Shown here piece after piece: positions 45,431 through 58,599 of a stretch of 64,000 nt of DNA. Position 1 is the first letter of the stretch, and each line of letters starts with the position of its first letter. Origin of the DNA: the human T2T-CHM13v2.0 reference genome, Homo sapiens; the NCBI RefSeq assembly GCF_009914755.1, contig NC_060947.1. One strand, written 5' to 3'. The notes under the pieces are model-generated. The model had not been told where the DNA came from and did no database searches. It worked only from the letters and a program-made list of their open reading frames with translations. The position numbers were made by a program, and so were the translations under genes.

Positions 45431-47659
45431 TAAGAGTGCAGTTTCAATGGAGGTAGGGGTTAAAAATAGACTGAAATGAAGTGGAAGCCAAGGGAGGGAC
45501 GGTACTCTTCCGAGATGTTTGATGTTCAAAAATAAATGAGACAGGATGGTAGTTTAAGGTTGTAGCTAAGATAGTTTTTGGAAGATTTGAAATCATGTTT
45601 TATAAATATTAGCCAATTAGTTAATTCATAACTGAAATTCCTAATTTATTTCACAACCAGTGAGTAAGGGGAACTGATTGTGAGAGGAACTGACTGAAAT
45701 CTTGACAGGATTCAAGATGAAGTAATTTGTGTCACCAATAATTTGTATGTTGTTTCTTATAAAATAGAAATATCACAACATTTTAAACCAGATGCAATTA
45801 TTATTTATTTCCTATATTAAAGAAGTTTTGAATTAATACATTTTCGTCTATAAATCTTTATGGAGCTCCATGCTATTTTTCAGCAATGAAGAACTGAGGT
45901 GGCACAGATATTTATTTGAACACACATGATGAATGTAATTCCTCTTCAAAAGCTTTAAACAAAATAAAGTACAAATTAATCTTGCCATTTCTTTGGTTAG
46001 CTTTGTACTTAAAAATAACAAATAAACACCTTGTTTATTATTTTCTACTGCTTCAGGGAAAGTTGGTTTCTCTGATTTAAATTTGAGGGAAGGTTAAATG
46101 AGAATGCAACCTAAGATTGAATTTGTGAAGTTTTCATCAAATTAGCTCTGTTCTACTACAGAAAAGTCTTTCTCAGTACAATATAATTGCCAAATAAGTT
46201 ATAGTTGGTTTCATGTTAAAAGAGATGAACATTGATTGAATATTGATGTTAGAAGAAATTGAACACTTGTTAAAAGATGAACATTTTCCTTCTGGAAAAT
46301 ACTAATTTAAAAAACCATTATTTCTTCTCACTCTGTGAGGCTTGTTAGACACTCCATGAGGCTTGAAGCACAACGAAGTTTTAGAATTATTAAATGTGGT
46401 AGAATGAGTGGAGCCTGGGTATCTGGAAGCAGAGATCTTATTCTGACTCTGCCATACAATTTTGGGCAAATGATTTCTGAGCTTTACTTTCTAAGTTTTC
46501 AAAATAAGAGGATAGGACTAACTTATCTCCAGATTTAATCCCAAGACTAAATATCTTTAACTTTGAATTATTCATTTGTTACCTGGTAAAGACAAATTGT
46601 TATGAAACATCACTCTCTGTTTTTCCCCTTTTGAACTCTTGGTAAAAATAATGAACTGTCAGCCTTACCCAAAGCAGCTGAATAGGAAAATAGAGACATT
46701 ATAGAAATATCAATAACAATTAAGATTTCTGCTCATACTTGCACTCTTATGTCTGCATTAAATGAGACTGAAGATTATAATTTTGGAAGGGATAACAAAT
46801 TACAGATTATTTCCATTTTGATTAAAATCAATAACATAAGAGCAACTTGACTTTGCTTGAGAGATGTTTTAAACAGAGTTTATTTGATCAGCCTCAGACA
46901 TAAGTAAATTAGCAACCATAAGAAAAAAGAGGTATGCTTGCTAAGAGAACATTATGATCTGACTTCACTTATCCACAAGGAAAATCAGTGCACTTTGTAC
47001 AATTTCCTTTAAGGAATGCTTTTTCCTCCAATTTGGTTGTTTCAGTTGGGACAACATCAGATGGCATCTGACAGTGGTTCAGAAAAGGGAATATGATTAA
47101 TTTGGAAGGGAAACTACTTTTGGGTCATTTCTTATTTTTTTACTTTTATTTTAAAAAAGAAAGACCTCCTCAAATATTAATGATAACAATTTTGGAAACC
47201 CACTAACATACCCTTAACACACAACCCAACTGGATTTCTTTACCTATGCCATTTCTTCTATTTGGAAGACCTATTTCTTTCACAAGGCAACTTCCTTCCT
47301 TCTCTTCTAAATCATTTTCTAAATACATTTCCTCTCTGATAGCACATTGCCATCCTTGCTCCTGCTCCTGACACTTGATGAGTTCTAGGCCTTCCAGATA
47401 TACCTGTATTCATTAATTATGCACATGGGTTTAGAAAGCAAGAATTGGCTTGTATTCACAAGCCATGGTGGAGAACGCTGGAGCTGTGAAAAGTAACCAC
47501 CGATGCTGGGATAGCAGCTTTCTTAGAACCTTTTAAATTCCTTGTGGGCAGTCAAATGGCCCTGGACAGCTATTTTGTTTGGTCATTTCTTTCATTTTTA
47601 ATTTTTTGGCCATTTCTCTCTCACTTCTACCCTTGTTAAGTGGTTTCCAGGTTGCTCCT

Positions 47660-48550
47660 GTGTCATCCTCTACTCTAAAATCCAATCAAACTCCAAATTG
47701 TGTTGATTTTACTACTCATCACCACTAGGCTCCATTTGCTTCTTTCCATTTCTATTATTTTCACCCTCATCCAAACCACCATCATTTCTCACCTGGACTG
47801 TTGTTATAATGTCCTTATTTGTCTCCCTGCACTCATGATTGCTGCCTTCTTATCTATTCTCCCCATTACAGCTAGAGTGTTATTAAAAATAATAATCATA
47901 ACAAAACACAATTATACGTTCCCTTCCTCCTCGTTTAAAATCATTCAATGGCTTCTTACTGTGTTTAGGCTAGAAAATGAAATCTTTCCAAGGCCAATAT
48001 TAAGGTCACATCTGTCCCAGTTCACCCAGTTTAATACCTGTTTATGCCTTTTGTCCTGGCTTAAGTATCAATGCTGCTTTCATTTTCAAAAGTGTCCTGG
48101 TTGCCCGGTAAGTCATGTGATCCCTGCCAGCCACCCCTAGCTCTTTGCATGCCACTCTCTCCCTCCTTCACTGGGTCCAGCCCCACTGGCTCCTCTCAGT
48201 GTCTTAGATTTTTTTTCTTACCTCAGAGCCTTGGCACATGCCTTCCTGAAATGTGTTTTCTTCTCCATCAAGATAAATGTTACTCATCCTTGAGATCTCA
48301 TTTGATCTCATTTTAAATGTCAAGTCCTCCCATTATATGCTCTTATAACTCTCAGTACTTTCCTTCAAAGCATTTGCCGCCTTTGTAATCACATGTAAAT
48401 GTGTGTCATTATTCAAGTAATGTCTGACACCCCTTCCCCCTGCCACAAGACAGCAAAGGAGGTATCTGTTTTACTCTCATTAAATTGCCAGTATCTCCCA
48501 CAGAACCTGGCACAGACTATGCAATCAGTATCTGTTTGTGGAATGAATAA
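47660..48550 (+). mobile_element. L2
   Basis: CCAAACCACCATCATTTCTCACCTGGACT...TTCAATGGCTTC...; ends GGAATGAATAA. Confidence 0.75.
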
Positions 48551-48699
48551 GCTGGTGAACATGCTCAGGGCACTCTGTATATAACACCTCCTACAAGGTC
48601 TAGATTATGATTGAAATTAAATCATTGCAAATATGATTAATGTCTTATATAAGGTCTTCTTAGCTCACAAGAATATAAACTCCAAGACAATAGGGCAAT

Positions 48700-48895
48700 A
48701 GGGGCTATGACTGGGAGGCAGCGGATTGCTCGGTTCAAATCCTATGCCTACCACTGGCCAGTTGTATGGCCTTGGGCAAGTCACTTAACCTCTGTGCCCC
48801 ATGTTCAAAAAGGGGATGACAGTGATACCAATCTCATAGGCATGCGTGTGAATCTTATAAACAAGAACAGTGCCTGGCACATTGTAAGTACCATG
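48700..48895 (+). mobile_element. MIR
   Basis: GGTTCAAATCC...CTTGGGCAAGTCACTTAACCTCTGTGCC...AGAACAGTGCCTGGCACAT. Confidence 0.8.
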
Positions 48896-50087
48896 TGAGG
48901 GTACTTTTCATCACTGAACACTCTATCTTTGGTACATAGCATAGTACTGCGCTGTTACATATGTATGCTAAATAAATGTTTATTAAAGTATTTGGGAGAC
49001 TAAATCCCCTGCTGTTTGATGTGTCTAAAGCCACTCCTGCATTTACCCAGTCATTGAGCGCAAGTGAGAGCAAGTGCTGTGGCTGTATTTTTATTACGTC
49101 TTAAGATAGATCTTCATTGTTCTCTGAGGGTTTTAGAATCATGCTAGAGAATTAACTGTCTTGTCTCATTTACTCTTACTTATAATGTCCTTTTCATGGG
49201 AAAAGGTCTCCAATGAGGTCTTCATGGTCTGGTCTCCAATGAGGGATCCAATCTAGAAGGTGTTCTGAGGTTTATTCTTCTATGAGAAACCCAATCTCTC
49301 TTTCCATTCAGCTATGAACACTGTTCTTGGGCCAAGGATACACCTAAACTCTCTCTCATCAGAATGAGATTGTTCTTCTGAAAAACCCTCACTCTGAGGG
49401 CTTAAGGGGTTGTTCTAAGGGCTCTGATACCTTTATAGCAGGGGTGGAAACTGTTCCCTAGGCTCTACTTTCCAAGCATTGTCCTGCCATAAAGGTCTTT
49501 CAGGCCCTCAAAGACCTGCAAGTGGCTCCCTCCACTGGCACTCTAGGTATTAACACAACTACCTACTTAACAGTGATTATATGCCATAGGCCTATGATAT
49601 TAGTTATTTATTACAAATAAATATATTATAGATCTTAGACCTATAATATAAATGATGATATTTATCTTCTGTAGAGTAGTGCTAGTGTTATTTCTGTGAT
49701 TGCTCCTACGTATAATATGATAAATACCATACAGTGGTTGGCATGTAGCATGTTGCTCCAAACTGTGTGGGTGGAATATAATCTTATATAAAAAATGAAT
49801 TTTTATTACCCCTTACAGCCTGAGACTCTGCCTCGAGTTTATCATCATGTCTAGAGATCCTCTTGTTTGAATTAAATTTCCTCAATTGTTTACCCTGTGC
49901 CGATTGATCCCATTAGATAGAAAGAGGACGTTTTTCACAGAAAGGGGTGCAGCTTGAGAAGGAGCTGTAGTTACCAGTTATCCTTTCTCTGTTATCAGGG
50001 ATGTTCTTGCCCCTATTGTAGTTAGCAGACATAATACACCACAACTCTATTTTTGATACTGGTCATGTGTGAAAGTGAGTAGAAGAT

Positions 50088-50575
50088 TGTCTTAGTTGGG
50101 TTCCAACAGAGGCAGACTGTAAGACAAGAACTGAATGTACGTAGTCTATTAAGGAGGTACAGGAACACTGGCTGATGGTGGGGAGGTAATATAGGGAAGG
50201 AAAGATAGCCAATAAGAGATGCCTTTTAAAAACCAGTTACCATGGTTGTCAACTAAAATTTACTCCCATTGGGAAGCTTTGGAAATGGAGTAAAACACAC
50301 ATCTCAGCATAACCCACCCCAAAATCTGGGTATCTGAGGTATTTATACCTCTATACCCATCAGCCATCAGTTTAAGGCTGCCCTGAAGGAATGTTCGTTC
50401 TCAGACACTGTTGTGTGAGTGTGTGTGGAGGTGGGCACAAAGCTGTTTCTGGCAGCCCCAGATCAGCCCTCTGGCAAAGATGTACATACCAGCCATTGGA
50501 AGTCAGGCTGGTATGCACTGATATGGTAAGGTGATCAGAGAGGATGCGGGAGGAACTTTGACAGCATCTGTTATA
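50088..50575 (-). mobile_element. Old MLT1 LTR
   Basis: TGTCTTAGTTGGGTTCC...GCAGACTGTAAGACAAG...CAGCATCTGTTA. Confidence 0.65.
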
Positions 50576-51536
50576 TAACCAAAAATCTTTTCAATGGGCT
50601 ATCCTTTTGAAGAACACATGGCAAGGTAGATATAATGTGACTGTGGAAGAAAGACCCCTCTCCTATTCTCAACACTACTGTGACACCAGTTTCTTTATTT
50701 CTAGCTCTTCTCATATACACTGTGCCACTTTCCTCACTGCCACTTCTCTTTTATCTCTTTATCCCAGGCTTGGACTCCATGTGGTCTCTTGTTTTCCACC
50801 TCCTACTGGCATACTTGGCCTGCTTACATCTCTTTTCTCCTCTTGGTTTTTCCCAAATCGAACTCCTAAGCCTTCTGAACCTTCTCTCAGAACAAACACC
50901 ATATAACGGATGATAACATGATTATTATTGCAGAGATGATAACATTTGTTGACTGAATGCTCCACTGGTCACTGCTCCCGGCTGTAACAAAGGCAGCTGA
51001 GGAACCACTAAGTCAGGATAATGAGTGATCAAAACTGAAGGGCTCTTTTCGGCCTGGCTTCCTTTATGCCCATCCGACTGTTGGCCTCACATGGCTCTGC
51101 TCTGGATCTGTGCCATTCTGCCTCATTTATCTGGCACTGCCTGGAGGAAGACTGCCTCTTGTGTCAGATGAAATTGATGATGATTCTTGGCTAGGAAAGT
51201 AAGATTCCTGAATGATTAGGACACGGAGGCTCAAGTTCATATATGAAACTCCTTTATCCAGGCCTTCTAATCTTCATTCTACTTTTAGGACTGTGACTTC
51301 TGTTCAAATGCCATTGGGTTTGATTTTCATCCTTTAAGCATGCTGTCATATCTGTTTGCTCAAGAATGCTGACCCTGTTTAGAAATTACAGTTGCAATGT
51401 TACCCGATGCACATACAAATAGTACACTACTCAGCTCACTACAAATATATAGTGCTCACTTGCTTCTCAATGCCTAAAATTTCTTAACAAAAAATAATTC
51501 CTTTCAAGCTACAATTAGAGAAAGGAAGCGGAAGCT

Positions 51537-51586
<50 letters not shown>
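51537..51586. repeat. (GA)n microsatellite
   Basis: Direct reading. Confidence 0.95.
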
Positions 51587-51588
<2 letters not shown>

Positions 51589-51639
51589 CAAATTGTAGAA
51601 TACTTCTGAGAGGGGTAATTTGTTGACTTGCCTGTATTT

Positions 51640-54500
51640 TTATTTTAACTTTTACCAAACTAATAGATTACTTTAATTTTAAAAGCACAATTAGCATTAC
51701 AAACCTTGTAAGAAAAAAATAGCTACTACTCTACCACTCTCTATCCTCAAGAACAACTCCTTAGAGAAAACTACTTTGTCAAGTCTTTTAGTTATTTTTT
51801 CTATTTGCCTACATAATTATATACAAAATGTTTATAGTATGATTTCTTTATTGATTTTATACATTGTAGATTGACTTCCTACAATGGATCAGAATTTAGT
51901 ACTCTTACACACATCCACACACCAGTGCAGTCCCTCTCCTTATTGTCCCAATATAGTCACATCATAACTTTTCATTAAATTAACATTCTGTATTAAACAT
52001 TATGACTACTTTAGTCCATTTGTGTTGCTAAAAAGGAATATCTGAGACATGCAATTTATTTTAAAAGAGGCTTATTTCAATTATGGTTCTGCAGCCTGTG
52101 CAAGAAGCATGGCATGGTGCCAGCATTTGCATCTGGCGAGGGGCTCTGGCTGATTCCACTCATGGCTGAAAGCAAATGGGAACTAGCATGTGCAGAGATC
52201 ATGGGGTGAGAGATGAGGAAGTGCCAGGCCTTTTTCAAAAATCGATTCTCCAGGGAACTAAGTGGGATCCCACTCATTCCTGAATGAGAATGGCACCAAG
52301 CCATTCATGAGGGATCCATCTCCAGGATTCAAACACCTCCCACTAGGCCCCACCTCCATTAGGGATCAAATCTCAACATGAGACTTGGCAGGGCAAAACA
52401 ACCCATATCCCACCATAGCAATGACTATGTAAAATTGTTCACAGCTGAGACAAATAGTATGCAATAATTCCATTTCCTTCATTATAATTTTTTTCTCTAG
52501 GTAATGGTTACACTTTCTTTCTGTTTACTTAGTTTTACATGAACCAATCACTAATTCTTTCCAAACTCTGAGATCATGTCCTTTGCAGCAACATGGATGG
52601 AGCTGAAGGCCATTATCCTAAGTGAACTAATGCAGGAACAGAAACCAAGCACCACATCTTTTCACTTATAAGTGGGAGCTAAACACCGAGTACACATGAA
52701 CACAAAGAAGGGAACAACAGACACTGGGGCCAATTTGAGGATAGAGGGTGAGAAACAAAAAACTACCTATCAGATACTATACTTATTACCCAGGTGATGA
52801 AATAATCTGTATACCAAACCCCTGTGACATGGCATGTCATGCAATTTATCTATAGAACAAACTTGCGCATGTACCCCTGCAACTAAAATAAAAGTTTTAA
52901 AAAGTCCTCTCCCACAGAGCTATAGGTGCTTCTCTACCAAAGATATCAAGCAATCTATCAGTTCCACCTCTCCTCCACTCCCTCACAAGTCATCTGTCCC
53001 AGAGTCTCCTTTTATCCTGATTCAATCTGCACTAGTTGTTCTGTAGAACATCTATGCGGCTGTTTTCCTATCACAGTTTCCTCTGTTCATAAGGAAGTTC
53101 TGCTTTCTGTCTTCTCTGTTGAATACCCTCTTTCCTGGATCCCAGGCCCTCCACTTTCCCTTGTGTTTGTTAAGCAAGTCCTGGAGTAGCTTTCTGCAAA
53201 CACATTTTAGAACTTTTTCATGACTGAAAAAACACTTATCCTTCTGACTCTTGAATGTTAGTTTGGTTGAAACTGAAATTCCAGAATGGAAATAATCTTC
53301 CATCAAAATGTTGTGGGCATTGCTCCAGCTTCCAGTGTTGCTGCAGAGAAGTTAGATTGTAGACTGATTCCTGATTCTTTGTGTGCAACCTTTATTTTTC
53401 TGGGATTTTCTAGGGTTCTTCTGTTTATCGCTGTTAGTCTAGCTTTTAAAATGATGTGCCTTGTGGATATTTAGCTTTTGTGTTCTATACTGTACTTGGC
53501 ATTTGGTGAACTCTTGTACTCTGGAAACTTATTTTTTTATTATTTGAAGGAAATGTTCTAGCATTACCTCCTTTATAATTTCTTTACCTCCTTTTCACCT
53601 ATTTTTATTTTGAAATTCTTAAGAGTCAGATGTTGGATGTTCCAAGCTGATCATCTCACTTTCTCATCTTCCCCTTCCTACTTTCTAGGTCTTTCTGTTT
53701 TCCTTTATGAGAGATTTTCTCATGTTTATCTTTCAATCCATCTATTAAATATTTTCTATTCTGGCTATCATAATTTTAACTTCCAAAAGCTTTGAAGCAT
53801 TTTGTCATTTCTTTTGTAACATTATATTATTGATTAATAGATGCAAGGTTTTCTTTTATCCTCCTATTATTTTTGCATTATTATTGCTCTTATTTTAAAA
53901 TTTCTTTTTCTCCATTTCTTTTTGGTATGTTTGTTTTGGTCTCTGACAGTTATGTTAGAAGCTATTCAAAACATCTATTATCTTAAGATGTTTTTTCATA
54001 TTTAAGAATAAAATGCTGAAAAGCTAATGAAAAGCTCTGTGTGATTAGAGAGGGTCCAGCCATTTTGTTGGGGAACCCTCAAATATAAGCATCTATAATC
54101 TTTTCTGTTGGGATTGTTTCTTCAGAAAAGAATTTTCTAATTTCCTGCCTGGAAGTTTAGAAACCTGTCTGAGAGTGTTCTAGAAGACAAGAAAGGGAAC
54201 TTTTAATATTTCAGTCCTGCTTCTCTTCTATACCCTTTATTGTACCAGGCTCTGGAGCCTCTCAGGCTTGGCTGTTCCAGAGACAAAACCTCCTGGCTTC
54301 TGTTGGGTTGTGGAGTGGAGATGGCTAGCTGGGCAGGGTTATAGAGAGGATCTGAGGAGTCTACTTTTCCCTCATGCACATTTTCAATCAGTTTTCCTAT
54401 ATTTCACCCTACCTTCTGAGGTATTTGTGCCTCTGATTTCTCAGCCATTCTAAGACTCTACAGGGAAAATTAGCTTGTTTCTTGTTGGCATTTTGCTTTG
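51640..54500 (-). mobile_element. Ancient L1M remnant containing an MST LTR (52010-52420, -) and an L1PA15/16-like 3' stub (52575-52900, +)
   Basis: T-rich decayed L1 antisense; TTAGTCCATTTGTGTTGCT...CCACCATAGCA (MST); GCAACATGGATGGAGCTG...TACCCCTGCAACTAAAATAAAAG (L1). Confidence 0.6.
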
Positions 54501-54559
54501 TAGACACATTGTTTCAGCTTTCTGCTCTAGATGTTGCCCTTATAGAGATGGTCAAACCT

Positions 54560-54850
54560 ATTCTCCCAGCACCACATCTGCATTTCTGCACAAAGCAAAG
54601 GAACAAGGGAGGCAGGTAGGACAGACAATTTCCTTTTAAAGAGGGGATATGGAGGTATATACATCCTCTTGTTCACATTCTATTGGGACAATTTAGTATC
54701 ATGGCCACACTTACCTGCAAGGCAAGATGGGAAATGTAGTCTCTAGCTAGACAGCTATGTTGCCTGATAAATCTCTATATGTTGTGGGAGATTATTAAAA
54801 GGAAGAAGGGGAGAATGGATACTGGAAATGATAAGCAATTTTTGACACAG
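54560..54850 (-). mobile_element. MLT1J/K-like LTR fragment
   Basis: CACATTCTATTGG...CATGGCCACACTTACCTGCAAGG...GGGAAATGTAGTCT. Confidence 0.6.
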
Positions 54851-55032
54851 ATAGAAATAGTGTAATTTTCTTCAGCGTTACAGTGGTCCCCCCGCCCGCA
54901 AGGCAGAGGTCTTCTAAAAACAGACATGTAGTCAGCAGTATGTGTGCTTCTATCCCTCTTCTGCCCAGGGTTTATAAGTGGGCAATATTGATAGTCTTTA
55001 CTCATGATTCCTCACACTTCTAGCTTCCTTGA

Positions 55033-55361
<329 letters not shown>

Positions 55362-55619
55362 TCATTTTGTCCTTTTGACAGAACACAAATAAAGAGATAA
55401 AGCTTCTGGCCACTTAGGGAATTTTATTAGGCTGCATCTACTCATAATCTGGTTAGGGGCAGGAGCTTCTCTTCTCTGTGGTTAGAGAGGGTTGGAACAC
55501 AGCTTCCAAACTGGTACCTATTTTTATGCTACAAGAAAGAATGTGCTATGTTTAATACAAAATGGGAAACATTCTTTGTGTACTGCTTAGAGCAGCCAAG
55601 TATTTTCTGTATACTCTAC

Positions 55620-55770
55620 AGCAGTGCTTCTCAAACATGAATATATATATAATCTGGAGACCTGAACAGTCTAATTTGGTAGGTGTGGGCAGGACCCAAG
55701 AGACTGCATTTCCAACAATCTCCCAGGCAATGTCAACTTTGCTATCCAAAGGTTATACTTTGGTTAGCCC
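55620..55770. mobile_element. MER5 fragment
   Basis: CAGTGCTTCTCAAAC...ACTGCATTTCCAACAATCTCCCAGG. Confidence 0.6.
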
Positions 55771-56026
55771 AGGCACTAAGTCCTTCCTCTGTTAATATTC
55801 AGCGACTATTCTCTGCTTGGGGTTAGATGGCTCAATTTGGACACAAAATCCATATATGTCTAAAGGAAGCAACAACAAATGCATTTCTACTGATAAACAT
55901 AAGCAAAGAAATTTTATAGATTTTTCTGGTTTTTGCTGTACTTAGGAATTCTGAGCAAACAGCAAAACCGAATGATAAACAATGATGGGTGGGTTACAAT
56001 CCTACAGGGAACTGCTTTGCTGTGTG

Positions 56027-56029
<3 letters not shown>

Positions 56030-56058
<29 letters not shown>
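56030..56058. repeat. Isolated A29 homopolymer
   Basis: Direct reading; no adjacent element body or TSD seen. Confidence 0.95.
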
Positions 56059-56063
<5 letters not shown>

Positions 56064-56769
56064 ATTGCCTAAAGCATCCAAAAAGAAAAACTTCAGCTGG
56101 CTACTCTCTTGTCTTAGGATTTAAATTGCTTAATTGATGAATTTGAAGATGTACGGAAAGAGCAACACATTTGAAGCTGTTTTAACCAGCTGGTCTCTGG
56201 TTTTAGTGTATATACACTTAGTGGTAGTTCTAATGACTGTGGTGGCTGCTGGGTTTTGGAGGCTGTAGTTCAATATACGGAACCTTACCTACCAGTGGAG
56301 GCAGGCCAAGGTCAATTACTTTTTCTTAGCAAACTGAATTATAAAACAAAACAAAATGAAAGCCTTTTAACACCTGTGTTGTTTGCTGCTTTGCTTTATG
56401 TTGAATGCAGGTCTTGCTGGGTGACTCATTCTCCAAGCCTGCCCCCTTCGGATTACCTTGTCAGAGGTACTCATTTCTACCTAAAGACATTGTTGGGTGC
56501 AAGTCTCACATTTTTATTTTCAATCTTTACTTTCTATTCTCATATGGAGCAATAGGAAGGAAGGGATGTATGCATTTGATTGTGGTAGAAGGAATTTTGA
56601 TAAGTCCTTACTGTTGGAAAAACTGGTTTTATCTGTTTCCCACAAAGCAATCTTTGAGTGGATGCTGAAGAGAAGGGTCAATGAAAGAAAGCAACACTCT
56701 CAGCAGCCTTGCAAAAAGTTTTGGAGTTTGGTGGGGAAACAGAGTGAGGGGTTCATTTCTTTTGAATTT

Positions 56770-57390
56770 TTAAATTGAATTATAATATAGAAAACTGCAA
56801 AAGTAAATAACTATGCAACTTGATGAATTTTCACAAATTGAACACTAAGGTAACCAACATCCATATAAGTAGAACATTACCAGAACCTAGAGGCCTTGCT
56901 CATGTCCCCTTCCAGTCACTTATACTGCCCTCCCAACACAAACAAGGAAAACCATTAATCTGACCTTAAGTATCATAGATTACTTTTGCTTGTTTGTGAA
57001 CTTTATATAAATGGAATTGTCCTCTATACGCTCTTTTGGGTTTTACTTCTTTGGTTCAATATTATGTTTATGCGACTTTTGCATGTATTTGCTATGTGTT
57101 TTTGCACATAGCTGTAATTTGTTCATTTTCATTGCTGTGTATTATTTTTGTATGACTACAACACAATTTACTTATATACTTTTGATGGTCCTTTGTTTTG
57201 TCCCCCTGCCCCCATTTTGTAGCCACTACCACAAGTGATGCTGCTATGAATATTGTAATACATTTATTTTGGTGAATATAGGTATTCACTTCTGTCAGGT
57301 ATATACCTAACAGAAATGGAATGGTTGGATTATAGGATAGATGTACGTTCAACTTCAGTAGATACTGCCAAACAGTTTTTCAACTTGGTA
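56770..57390 (-). mobile_element. Old L1M (L1MC/ME) 3' end
   Basis: TTGATGAATTTTCACAAA...GCTGCTATGAATATT...GATACTGCCAAACAGTTTT. Confidence 0.75.
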
Positions 57391-57794
57391 GGCAACTACC
57401 TTTTTGAGCAGCATTTCAGGTAGAAAGCTTTTCTGGAGGAGGCTTAGACACTAGTATGGAGTAATCAACTGGTAAGGTGATTTCTAAATAGAACATGGGA
57501 GACAGGTGAGGTGCTGGAAATAAGGAATTATTTCTCTCTATGGTTTGTATTTAGATGCTAACAATTTACAAAACAGAACGGAGCTCAAGCAGCTGAAACA
57601 CAGAGCAAAGGGGAAGTGCTCTATCTCTTGAGTGGCTTAACAAATAGCAGGTAATAAAGTATTGTGACAATCTGAACGGATTTATGATAACTATGTACTT
57701 ATATTCACTGTTAATCTTGTTAGAATGTGATACCAGACAACAGAATGCTTAAACACTTGACCCTTATAATCACATTACCTGGATTTAAATTCCA

Positions 57795-58369
57795 GGTTTT
57801 TTGTCCTTGCGTTAGTTTGCTGAGAATGATGGTTTCCAGCTTCATCCATGTCCCTACAAAGGACATGAACTCACCATTTTTTATGGCTGCATAGTATTCC
57901 ATCGCAAGGACAAAAAACCAAACACCGCATGTTCTCACTCATAGGTGGGAATTGAACAATGAGAACGCTTGGACACAGGAAGGGGAATATCACACACTGG
58001 GGCTTGTCGTGGGGTGGGGGGAGGGGGGAGGGATAGCATTAGGAGATATGCCTAATGTAAATGACGAGTTAATGGGTGCAGCACACCAACATGGCACATG
58101 TATACATATGTAACAAACCTGCACGTTGTGCACATGTACCCTAGAACTGAAAGTATTATATATATATATATATTTATATATATAGTATATATATATTTAT
58201 ATATATACTATATATATATTTATATATATTATATATATTATATTATATATTTATATATTATATGTATTATATTATATATATTTATATATATTATATATAT
58301 TATATTATATTATGTATATATTTATATATATCATATATATTATATTATATTATATTATATATATAAAAT
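57795..58369 (+). mobile_element. Short L1PA (PA4-6-like) with 5' inversion (twin priming) and AT-microsatellite tail
   Basis: Inverted L1 segment 57795-57902, forward 3' end 57901-58155, near-pure A/T tail to 58369; TSD AAATT(C/T)CAGGT 57787 / 58370. Confidence 0.92.
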
Positions 58370-58599
58370 AAATTTCAGGTCATCACTCATTTGTTATGTG
58401 ATTTTTTTTTTGGTTTTAAATTCAACTGAATTTTAATTGATGATTTTATAACTGTCACAAAAAGAAATTGAGATTATCTTCCCAAGAATCTAAAATATTT
58501 GACAAAAAAGTAAACTAAAATTAGGATGGCACACATTAATTTGTAACATAGGTACATAGTATTTAGTAAACCTCTTTTAAGGCTAATATTTGTTTCTTT

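Larger units (their letters stand above)
41770..45600 (-). mobile_element. Fragmented L2 (pieces ~41770-42030, 42210-42300, 44060-44430, 45270-45600)
   Basis: Antisense L2 tail (TCATTCATT) followed by purine-rich L2 body segments, interrupted by later insertions. Confidence 0.55.

Noticed and set aside
46214-46285. Three degenerate TGTTA.AAGA..GAACA units
   Set aside because: Irregular spacing in AT-rich DNA; decayed mini tandem repeat
47700-48140. 146-aa hydrophobic ORF
   Set aside because: Lies within a decayed L2, has a non-ATG start and no recognisable host protein similarity
49205-49244. 14-bp direct repeat GGTCTCCAATGAGG with 12-bp spacer
   Set aside because: Two copies only; a slippage-type micro-duplication with no further structure
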